NCBI GenBank assembly: GCA_000708835.1
Contig: DF237075.1
Coordinates: 62,001 to 126,000 of the forward strand
Source: Klebsormidium nitens
Lineage: Eukaryota > Plantae > Klebsormidiophyceae
Reading direction: 5' to 3'
DNA length: 64,000 nt
The translations under genes and the position numbers were made by a program. The notes under the pieces were generated by a model that searched no databases, was not told the DNA's origin, and saw nothing but the letters and a program-made list of their open reading frames with translations. This document shows positions 24,601 to 35,328 of the stretch, piece after piece; the first letter of the stretch is position 1, and each line of letters opens with the position of its first letter.

Positions 24601-27600
24601 CGTTTTGTGGAAACACGCTTCTTCACCCTACCCGCAGGTGCTAACCATAACGGGCCTTTTGGCCACTGCGGCCCAGGAGTTTCGTCAAACCCGGTCTTTA
24701 ACCTCACCCGCAGGTGCTAACCCTGACCGGCCTCTCGGCCACTGCGGCCAGAACCTTCGGCAAACTCGATTTTTAACCCTACCCGCAGGTTCTAACCCTA
24801 ACCGGCCTCGCGGCCAGCGCGGCCCACCTGGTAGGCACCCCGGGCACCAACGGCCTGGACCCGGAGCAACTCCGCCGCCTCTCGTTAGCGGTCGGGTTAG
24901 TCACTAACCCCGCGGTTAACTTCGTCGACGAGCCGGACAAGAACCTCGACCCGCAGGCGGCGCGCAGAATCGTCGCGTGCAATCACGCGGTTGCCAAGAG
25001 CGGACGGACCGTAATTTCGACGCTGAACCACCCGGTGGGACGGATTCTGGGTGTGTTCGACCGGTTGTTGCTGCTGAAGAGGGGCGGGGAAACGACCTAC
25101 TGGGGGCCGGTCGGGGGGCTCGCGTGCACAGACGCTGTCGTGAGTGGTTTGAAATTTTCAGTTTTTTGATTTTCTAAAGTTCTTTATTACTTTTTGTAAC
25201 TTTTTCTAGTGCTGAGAAGAGGGCTGAAAGGATGTCTACCGACCTACTGGGGGCCGGTCGGGGGGCTCGCGTGTGCGGACGCTGTAGTGAGTGCTTTTCA
25301 AGCTTGTAGCGTTGGGACGAACATTACTGAAACGGGGTAGCTTTGCCCGCGTCTGTCAAGACGGTATAACGAGTGAGGAGGTTTTTCCATACAAATTGAT
25401 TTAACGCACACGTACCGGTGTGAAAGCGGGCCTTGCTCGCTTGCTACTGTTTCTACGTCAATCAAATTCTGTTCCCCTTTCAGGGCCGTTACGGCTCGTC
25501 TCCCACTTGTGTGGATCCTATTTACATCCTGCTACGAATCTCACTGAATGAAGGAGAAGCCGGTCCAAAGCTCTCCATCAGATCAAAGGATCGATACATC
25601 CCTTCTTCTAATACGTGCGACTCCTCTTCGCGCATCACATTCTTGCCACCCTCCGCCAAAGGAGCATTCCTGACGTCTCCTCTGCCGCTGTGATCAAAAG
25701 GTTATGGCAGCCCATTCTTTTGTCCCCCGTCTGCGAATGTTCCCTCACACATCTCCGCCGCCTTCCGCTAGGGCTACTTCGAGCGCATCCCTGGCACTCT
25801 CCCCTGCGGCTTCAGCGAGAACCCGGCCGACTACCTCATCGAGTGCATCGGTGGCGGTCTGCGCCAGCGAACGGACCGCGACTATTCTTTCGACTACCGC
25901 CACAGCGTACTCGCAGCGGAATCCGCGGCGGAATTGAGGGTCTTAAGGCGGTCCAAGGGCCAAGCGGGGCCGAACCTGGTAGAGAAGGGGTACGCTGCGC
26001 CAATGAGCACCATCTACAAAGAGGTGAGGTTTCGGGCACCTTTTCTTATGTTTTCTTGCTATGCGATGGTTATTCTCAACCTTGTCTGCCGAGTACGTTC
26101 CGTTTCTTGTCCACTAGTCGGTTATCTTATGCAGGCTTCGGCTGAATCTCTTTCGCTCAGAGAGAAAGTTCCTTGCTTCTCCAAAATTTTTGCTTCCCCA
26201 AAGCACCTGGTAGTGTTGTATTCTTTGCGCCGTACTGTAGTCCAGATTTGAGTGTCCTGCGCTGCAGATTGGAGCAGCATATCTGCAGCCGGTCTTTCTG
26301 CACAGTACCGACGTCCTTCCTCGCACGCGCAACACCTTTTGCAACTTCGGATACATGCTGAGGTCAGCACGTCCCCATTGCTGACGTCGTTTCTCCGTAT
26401 CTCCCAGGTACTCTTGCGCGCGCAGCGCACCTACTTCCGCAACCTGTCTTACAGCTTCGGCCGCGTGACGTCAGCGATCCTGCTGGGGCTCATCTTCGGG
26501 AGCGTCTTCTGGCAGATGCCGTACACGACCATCGTGCGCAGCGGCGCGCGGGGGGGCGTCATATACATAAGCACGCTGCTGATGACCATAGGCAGTGCGA
26601 CGGTGGTGATCCTGGAGCTCAATAAGGAGCGCCCCGTGTACGACCGGGAGAGGAGCCACCGGATGTACCCCGCGCTTGCGTGGAGCTTGGGATGGGGGCT
26701 CGCGGAGGTGAGACGCCCTATCGTTTTGGAGGGCTCATTTTGAGGAGACCCTGAAACCCCCGCAGATGCCACTGGTTCCACGAAGGTGAGGCGCTTTCGC
26801 TTTGGGTAAGTCTCAATCTGAGAACCAATGACAAGTGCATGAAGAGTAACGTGAGTCTACCAGGCTGAATCATTCAGAAGCCCAATCCATACATGTACTC
26901 ACGCGCTCAACACCCGAACCTACCATGACTTCCCAGTGAAACACAGGCGTCCCCCGGGCTTGAAGCCAACATTCATACGGCTTATCAATTTAGAAACGAG
27001 ACTATCCGCTATGGTAGGGTGGTGGTGACTGAAGAAGACCAATCCCAGTTGAGAGCGAAGCAACTCAGAATATGTATTTGTGTGTACTCGACTGCCAAGT
27101 GGTCAAAGGAAACCAATAAGAGGACTTTTCTTTACTGCATAAGTGCCATCGGCTGTCAAAACAGCTCGTCGACTCGCAACCTTCGCGGCAATAAAGGTGT
27201 TTGGAGGCCCTTCTTAACTCATCCGAAACCTTTCTGCCCCGCGTTTTCTTAAAGACTACATACGCATGACCGTGGAACATGGACCTTTTAAACCGAAATC
27301 CTGACCGCTTGCACGATTCAGCGCAACCTATGTGACCGTTCCAAATCCACCTTCCGAGACAATCGCCGAACGTCCCTTTCGGTCCCGCATGTCAACTGCC
27401 TTCCCACCAGAACCGCATCAGTGTAGTTCGCGCTTCTCAAAGTGCTTTTGAGTAAGCCAATAACTAATCGGTTTCCGTCCTTCGTTCAGATCCCGTACAT
27501 CGCGGTGTCGTTCCTGTTCCACTGCGCCATCCTGTGCTTGATGACCAACATCGCCACGGACAGCGCGGCCAGCTTCTTCGAGTTCTGGTTCACGCTCTGC

Positions 27601-29636
27601 CTCTTCGGGGCGACCATCGTGTACGCCGCCATGTTCCTCGCGGTCGCCACCCCCGCCCCCCAGGTCAGCACCGTCGGATAAAACGTTGCTAAGTCTGAAC
27701 GGTCACGATGCAGCCTCCAGTCTTCTAGGCTTAATCTGGGGCGAAGATTGTGTACGCCGCCATGTTCCTCGCGGTCGCCACGCCCGCGCCCCAGGTCAGC
27801 CGACGCGGCACCAGGTCGGGTTGTGAAAGCTACGAATCTTGGATAATCTTGTACTCAGAAAATCCGCCCTTGGTTGCAACAGGATGACCTTGAAGCTCTC
27901 GTTTCACAAGCTTGCAGCTTGGCAAACCCCGGCCTTGGAGCAGATCCAAGGAGAGACTCATCACTCGCTCTGTCCATTCTGCACAACCAATCGCGTTCAA
28001 TTTGAGGGCTCCCCTAGAAGTTCTAGTCGCAGCAATTATTCAAAAGGTGCTCCTTTGCTACGATTCATTTTTACTTGCCCAAGAGTTAATCCTGGCAAGC
28101 GTACGGGCTCAAAATGGGAGTCTTTGCTACAGCGGTGGTCGTACGTGACAGGCTTCGGTCGGTTGCAGGGAACAATGTTGGATCCTGGGTCGAACTAGTC
28201 AGTGGTCTCGCCTCTTGGATGACGACGTGAGATGAGATAGTGGCCTCAACGGATGGGAGTCTTCTTGAAAAGTCAAGCATGACTGTGCCGGCGCCGAAGT
28301 TGGATTGTTGACGGTCCCGCTCGCTATGCCGCAGATTGCGATCGTCATTATCAACGTCTTCATCAACCTGATGATTGCGTCAGCGGGTTACGTCATCCCC
28401 AAGGCGCAGATCCCCAGGTTCTGGCAGTTTGCCTACTGGATCAAGTGAGTCGCCTGAACTTCATGACCGTCTGATGTAGATTCTGCCACACTGTACACGG
28501 CTTGCTTTTGCTATGCACCCTCCTATAATTGGGGACGCTACGAGAGTGGTTCCAACAAGAAGCTACTTTATGAAGGTTGCTAGTATTTGCAGCATAAAGG
28601 TACGATCCTAACGAGGACCGGATTGGGGGCTTCAGACGGAGAGGCATGCCTATAACGCCTGCCTCCTAGAATGGATTTCCCTTCCAGATAGGCACTCACT
28701 ATACTTATACATCCGCAGGTCAACTTTTTTCTGAAAAGCAAAAAGTTCGCAAGCAGGAATCGAAGACAGCTGTCAAACAAAGACGAAATCATGAGGCGCG
28801 ACCGCACTGACAAACGCCCGACTGACTCAAAAGCGCAAAGAGGTGGGCCGCGAGCATCCTCCAGAAGTGTCCAAAAAGAAGGTAACACGTGTCCATCTCG
28901 TGCAGCCCCGCTCGGTACACGCTGAACAGTCTGCGCTCCATCGCCTTTTACTGCGACACCAAGAGCCGCCAGTGTACAACTCCCGGGTGCGCCAGCAACC
29001 CAGCGGTGTGCCCCGCATGCACCTGCACGGTACGTCCAACCGGCCACTTCTTGGCTCATACCAGACTAGTCCATGTAACAATATAATGCATGCGCCTGCC
29101 CGGCACGTCCTCGAAATTCATAGCGTTTTTCAACATCCAAACGGTTCGATTCGATCAGGGAAATGTCATTGTCGTGTCATACGTCGAGGATACTTTCGCT
29201 GATTCAACACTTGCCGGGATAGATCCAGCATCTTCTATAAGAGCCTTGCAAGCTTTCTGCTCGGGTAAGCAAGCATGCAAGATATTCCTCGGATGTTGAA
29301 TCTTGCAATCAATCTGCTGACGAAAGTGCGATTCTCTGTTCATCTGGCAGAAATAATGAAGGACTTTGTGAACGGTGCGCTAACCAGACAGAGCACGTAT
29401 GATTTACGTGGCTATCTAGTAGACTCTTCGGGTGCATTTTTTTACTCTTGGCCGTTCCCTCGCAGCGTCTGAAAGACAACTTCAATGTCTTCGTGTGGAC
29501 GTCACAACAATCCTCCGCCCAACTAGACAACGGGCGGCGCCTCTGGGACTGGATGGCCTTGCTCGCGTTCTGTGTTTTCTTTCGGGTACTAGCCTACCTG
29601 GCCCTTCGGCGGGCCAAGTTCAATAACAAGTATTAG
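9665..29636 (+). CDS. Full-size ABCG/PDR-type transporter (NBD1-TMD1-NBD2-TMD2), ~1641 aa, with degenerate NBDs and a PDZ-like insert
   Basis: 28 phase-consistent exons: 9665-9764, 10087-10607, 11095-11227, 11520-11697, 12355-12478, 13252-13417, 14157-14319, 14723-14831, 15487-15702, 16099-16335, 16996-17130, 17801-17950, 18302-18409, 19089-19263, 19776-19845, 20294-20414, 21792-22004, 22610-22726, 22988-23116, 23500-23607, 23940-24110, 24789-25139, 25772-26023, 26408-26707, 27490-27663, 28335-28444, 28906-29029, 29466-29636 (4926 nt, no internal stop). PDR motifs: LTVRETLEFA, IVYQGPR, ERAIYYK, MINEF, PFQPVTLSW-like, GSGKT, ERPVYDRER. The start exon is the least certain part. Confidence 0.93.
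17520..17790. repeat. Intronic minisatellite, ~60 bp unit, about 4-5 degenerate copies
   Basis: CGGACGCCTGTCCC..AGATGCTTC..TTTCGGACGCTT recurs at ~17586, 17649, 17712 and 17771, just upstream of the 17800 acceptor. Confidence 0.8.
20941..21791 (+). repeat. Tandem array of five decayed copies of the acceptor plus 5' end of PDR exon 21792
   Basis: cag|CTGCCGTACTGCCGGGGCGCCAA..GAGCGTGGGCGAG..TACCTCAA variants start at 20947, 21118, 21269, 21462 and 21648, separated by AAACCCACCTGT-rich spacers. Confidence 0.9.
24620..24788 (+). repeat. Two tandem ~75 bp copies of the acceptor plus 5' end of PDR exon 24789
   Basis: acccgcag|GTGCTAACC.TAAC.GGCCT..GGCCACTGCGGCC at 24638 and 24714, versus the functional acccgcag|GTTCTAACCCTAACCGGCCTCGCGGCC at 24789. 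Confidence 0.9.
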
Positions 29637-30763
29637 AGAAGCAAGAAGGGCATGGCCCCCGACTGATATATGCGCGCATCTTACTTAGTGTTGCAGCGCT
29701 TTGGTGGATTTTTCTCTGTCGACTTGTACAAGAGAGGAGGGGGTGTGGATGTTAATCGATCAGGGCTCGAATAACGTGCGCCTAACATAGCAAGTGGATA
29801 TCGAAGGTGGGCCAGCTACTGAAAGTGCTACGAGAAGCTGACGGGTTATGATGAGGTCATGGAACGGTGATTTGTGTACGTTGTGGAAGCGACAAAAGGA
29901 GGTAGGTATTTTGATCAACAACTGTGCTAGGCGGCTGCCGGAGAAGAACATGCTTGCACTTAACAATTGCGGTGTCTAAAGACGACGAAATATTCAGATT
30001 TCGACCGCAAATTACAAGAAACGACTGGATTAAGGCGCGAATGTTGATTCTTTGATTGCCAGGACGTCAGGCGTGTTGCGCTGCCGATGATCACGTACGT
30101 TGTGCATGGATTTCAGGCATGATGGTCGGCAACTTTTGATGGATGTGATCCGACGGATACTTCTCATGACCTTTTCAGGATGGCTCAGTCTAAGACGATC
30201 CGCCCCAATTAGGCACCATGATGGATCAGGAAACCAATTCACAATGTCTGAGCCTACGACATTCCAGACCCTCCAATAGGTTTAAGGCCGGCCATATTGG
30301 CCTCGTTTACAATGCTGGCCCGGTCCAGATTGAATCTCAATGCCCACCATGCACCAGCCACCAATGGCAACACAGTGCATGTTGAATGTGCACGCGAGTG
30401 CGAAGATAGACAGCCTCAGACGCCTATTTAACTGTATGTACAACTGTAGCATAGGTAGGCTTGCTTCCTTCGGCGCTGGACGGGCTCACTTCCGATCTGG
30501 TTTATAACCTGTGGACGTAACCGATGGTTATGTTTTGGACGTAACCGAGCAAGACCAGTCTAGAAGAAGTACCGCGAGCCTAGCAGTGCAGCGTTCTCAT
30601 ACGGAGGGTTTTCCACGTTCACCCGTTCAATGTTAACCAAAATCTTCGTATTTGTGTTCACACGATCTACCTTGGCTCTGTTCAGGTTGTGCTGAGTTTG
30701 CGATCGACGCTTTCACAGCATTCGCAAGCTGCACAGCGCACTTATCAAATCAAGGCATCCAAA

Positions 30764-32379
30764 ATGGCGGCTTGTGGTGTCTCTAGCTCCTTGGTGTCCT
30801 CCGTCCTGAGCACACGGTCTCTGGCAGCGGCCACCGCCTCCCGTGCATCTTCTGCTGCATGTGCAGCTTTCCTTCCCGTCCACGCAAGCCCTGCAAATGT
30901 GCGCTCCATTGTGCCTGCAAGCAGACAATCCGAAGTTGTGAGATCGAGGTTCTTTGGACAGACGAGCTTTGGTTCTAGGCAGACTACTTTCCACGGTGCT
31001 GCTCTTGCACCAAAAGCAATCCACGGAAGTGCTAGGACTGCGATGACCATCAAAGTTGGTGATGAGATTCCAGATGCGACCTTGTCCTACTTTGACAGTG
31101 AGAACAATATGCAGGTGAGAGCTTTGCATTTCTATCAGATATTGTCGTTATGAGTAGTCTTTTAAGTTTAAGGTTTATTTTCAATCCGTCCTTTCATGCG
31201 GCACCAATTGCAGCATTGCGCTTTTAGCACTGCCGAACTGCTGCCAAGCTGTAATGTCGGGTTTGCATAGGAACAAAATCTTAGAAATGCTGAGGATGTG
31301 CACTCCGATCACAGAGACTTCTCCCTGTCATTGATTATTTTTTGAGCATCTCCTTTTCTGCCTGTTGCAACTCAATTGAATCTTGAAAAATATTGATGAC
31401 TGCAGAGGAAACGCCAACCAACCGAGATTCGTCTACCAGTTTGAGAGGGATCAAGTCTTATCTACTGCAGGTTGTGAGTGCAAAGGAAATGGTTAAGGGG
31501 AAGAAGGTGGTGCTGTTCGCTGTACCTGGGGCCTTCACCCCAACTTGCTCCCTCAAGCATCTCCCCAGCTTCATTGAGAATGCTGACAAACTGAAGGCAA
31601 AAGGCGTTGATACCATCGCGTGCATCGCTGTAAATGATGCGTTCGTCATGCAGGCAAGTCATCCGTTTGTGCGGTTGCAGATGGGTTTGATCTTGATCTT
31701 AGCGCAGAGTTCCCAACTCGCCATGGACGTCTAGTTTTTGCAATTGAGCACAATGAGAGAGTGAGAGTATTAATTTGTCACATTCTGGGCATCAGAAGCT
31801 TGTCAATGGAGAGTAGTGGTTCCTTGAAAGCCCCTTCCAATCCAGCTTTGATGAAAGCTCTTATAGTGACTGAATGAGATGATCAAAGGCAGTTTTTACC
31901 TGCTCATGTTCTTGCATTGTTTGCATCACAGGCCTGGGGAAAGTCTGTGGGAGCTGAAGGGAAGGTGCTGCTGCTTGCTGATGGAAGCGGCCAGTTTGCC
32001 AAGGCACTTGGGGTTGAGCTGGACCTGGTGGACAAAGGCCTGGGGATCAGGTCGCGCAGGTGAGAGGCAATCTAACTCGGTTTTGCATGAATTTTGTACC
32101 TTGAGACGTTGCCATCAAGCAGCATCTTTCTAATGTCAGCCTCTCCCAGGGGGAAGCCTTTTCTGCACCTTCAGTTGGATTTAGAAAAGACTGCGAGAAC
32201 TTCCCTGAAGTAGATCTGGCTAAATTCGCATCAATCTCCCCATATTGCCTGCAAACAGCGATCCATTTCGGTGCAGGTACTCTATGTTGGTTGATGATGG
32301 CAAGGTGGCTGCTCTGAACCTGGAGGAGGGAGGTGCCTTCTCCACAAGTGGAGCCGACGACATTCTGAAGGTGTTGTAA
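30764..32379 (+). CDS. PRXIIE: Type II peroxiredoxin with plastid-like transit peptide (PrxIIE-like)
   Basis: Exons 30764-31114, 31471-31653 (GC donor), 31932-32059, 32277-32379. Contains [38 protein letters not shown] and LGIRSRRY, with an S/A/R-rich N-terminal extension. Confidence 0.95.
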
Positions 32380-34426
32380 GCTCGCCTGGCTAGGACTCTA
32401 GTTTCTAAGCATGCCACAGAGTCCCACAGTTTTGTCCCTACTAAGCTTGCGTCTTGCGGTTAGACAATCTGCATGGTGACCCTATTCGATTGGTTATTTG
32501 ACCACATCGACAGGTATTATTTTCCATCCTACACCGTGGATGCCCTGCACATTTGCACAAGCCTTTACGACCCAGGTCGTGCTGATCTGATTTTGGAAGA
32601 CCAGAGAATGTCTGCTGCGAGTGCAAATGCGTTATGCAGTATGGAAGTGCAAGTGTGTGGCAACTCATCTGGTTTCGTTTCATACAAGAAATGATCGTGC
32701 AATTTTGAATTTGGTGCCAAGCCTGCTCAGATACTGAAGAGCATGGCAACTTTCTAGACCTGTGAAAGATGATATATCCACAGATCGGGAAGCCCAAGCG
32801 GCCTGCAGGGTCAGTATTTGTTCGATACGCGCATGCAGCATGAGCTGTCTCGCTCGCTTACATTTGAACATTGTCAGCCATGGGGAGATCATTGCCTGTC
32901 GGATAGGTCTAGTCCAATCGAGATGGCTGGCGCGCTGGTCAGTGCCATGTCAGCATGTTCCATGGGCCATTTTCTACCGTCATGCTTAATGATGCAGTAT
33001 GTTGTTGCATCGTGGTCCATGGCAGCAAGTCGAATACGCGCACATGGATCTGCGCATGTTAGCACATGCGGGCTTCCGCGCCAATGTCTGCTTGATGCAT
33101 CTATACAGCTCCGATACGAGCTAGTCACTACGAACAAGAGCACGATCGTTCATGGCAGCAATGTAAGGCGTAGTCAAATTAGCAAGTCTAGAAGCCCGAG
33201 CAATGGACATTGTGTCCTGTAACAAAGTCGAACCTTCGGACAACCTGTAAATCAAATCTTTCTACATTCCTCCACCGGATCTTAATTCTACATACCCAAC
33301 GCTGTTGAATCCAAACGATGAAAGGCTCTGCAAACTTCCTTTACTGCACCTGTTATCAAAGCTTCTTGTCGAACCAGGTTTAGCTGTGGGGACCCCTTCA
33401 AAATTTCACACCAGCCTGCTTTTAAGCTTGTACAGCTCACTATGTGACTTGCTCAAACGTAGCCCTTGCCAACGCAATTCAAGCACTTTTGAAGCCTGCA
33501 TCATTGTCCAGAAATTGAGAACTTGATCAGAGACACAATCTGCTGCACAAAGCCAGAAGGCTCAGAAGCGTAACCAATAAAGCATGAAACACTTGAGGTG
33601 CTAATGCCAATTGCACATCCAGCTTGACACTCTCAATATGATCAGGTTGAGAGTTTTGAAGAAGGCAGCAGGCCTCAAATGGTACCCAGGTTAAGAAGCC
33701 GGTTACCACACCTGCGGCCATCACATGTCGGACACTGATATCGTGCCTCGCTGACGCCTGCTCCTGGAAGGGACCCTTCTGCACGACAAGTTTTGCAGGG
33801 CAAAAGCCCCCTGCCGCTGCAAAATGGACACCTTGGGGCAGTTTTCTTCTGCAGAAGAGAAGAACAAGAAGGTAAGCAACGTCACCCGCACGGGGACCCT
33901 TCTAATGCTTAGCCAGCCCACACAGTCAAGATGTTAGTGGCAGCTTAGAACAGACGGAAGGACAGGGCCCCCAGAAGTTTGGGGAACGCTCGACTTCTGC
34001 AGGCCTGCTTGACCCCTTAAATGATGCAAGGCAAGAACTAATGGTCACAACCACTCATCCGGTGACACCCAGGTGTCCTTTTTTCCCGCATCATGTATCT
34101 CAGGGTGCCACTTGTATGTCTGAGCAGCAAGTCTTCTGAGGCAGCACATTCTAACAGTCAAAACGTCACTCATATTGCTTTGAAATGGTGGTGGTACGAG
34201 ATAGGCAGGTGCTCCAATGGTTAGCCCCACTCAGCATCATAAGGCACAATGTATGCAACAACCTCAGTCATTACTAAAACCACCCTCCCTGAAATTGGTC
34301 TCGAACTGCTTTCACAGGTGCCAAGTCAAGTGAGCTGTGGCGGGGGGGATGTGAGCAGCGTTCATCCTTGCAGTGGCATTGAAGGCAACTGCTTTTCCTG
34401 GAAGGCGGTGCCTCCTCCTTTGAATG

Positions 34427-34713
34427 TCACGAGCTCAAGATTGCTTTGGAGCATTCAAGCTGGATAGTAACAAGCCTTGATAAAAGACGCCAGGAAGAAA
34501 CTGCTGATCAAGCTGTTGAGGAGTCATTCTGCTTCGCACCTTTTGGGCCTCCAAGTGATTCGTCGCTGCGCCTGCTATGAGGCCCCCCAGGAATACAGTT
34601 CCTGCGGACACTGCGATGAAGCCCCCAACTGCTGTAATGCAGCCCCGGCAGCCAGCTGCCACCTGCTCAGGGTCAGGAGGGGGTCTCGACGGCGCAAACT
34701 TTGCCGTGGACAT
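34427..34713 (-). CDS. Possible small single-TM protein (~68 aa), unknown function
   Basis: Exon 34713-34540 gives MSTAKFAPSRPPPDPEQVAAGCRGCITAVGGFIAVSAGTVFLGGLIAGAATNHLEAQK with donor AAG|gtgcga. A candidate last exon is 34459-34427 (LECSKAILSS*). I recognise no family, and the 3' exon is uncertain. Confidence 0.35.
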
Positions 34714-34904
34714 CACGCTCACTGAATAGGAAACTTGAACATGTGGCTTCAAAGCTGCATCGCAAGAAGGAAGGCCCTTTTCGAGAAAAGGACCTTGAAT
34801 GTAGGTTTCTAGGCTGCTCTAACATACATTCGACCTACACCTCTCTACTTTTTTCACATGTATGCTGACCCCCTGCCACTTCCGAGTACCAGCCTGCTCT
34901 TAGC

Positions 34905-34968
34905 CAGCCTGCTACTAGTGCTACTAGTCACTAGTGCTACTAGTGCCTGCTACTAGCAGTGCTAACCT
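34905..34968. repeat. Short tandem repeat of GCTACTAGT-like units
   Basis: gcctgctactagtgctactagtcactagtgctactagtgcctgctactagcagtgcta. Confidence 0.75.
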
Positions 34969-35328
34969 GTATGTTTCCACGCAGAGGACTTGCCATTTCG
35001 AAATGCTCCTGAAGACACAGGAGTCATGGCTAGCAACTCCCAGAGGAGAGATCCAGGGCTATCCATGTGCCCGGTCAACCATTGCCTGCCACTGACGTCT
35101 CTCAAAGTCGGCAGGTCGCGTTGACATGGTTCGTCTGGACTCTGGCACTGTAGCTGCTGCCGTTTCTACGATGCTGTACCGGTTATTTCCCGTTTAAGAA
35201 GAACCGGGCAGGCTCTGCCGACGGGACTGAAGGAAGCTTCAGAGAAGGACCTGATCCAAAATCACTGATCACAGATCAGCAAGTCGGCGCTTGCCTTATC
35301 TGCTTAAAATTGGAAATTGGGAACTGAT

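Noticed and set aside
9665-29636. PDR as a pseudogene because of its degenerate ATPase motifs
   Set aside because: All 28 exons join in frame without stops and with usable splice sites. The decay is confined to intronic duplicate copies.
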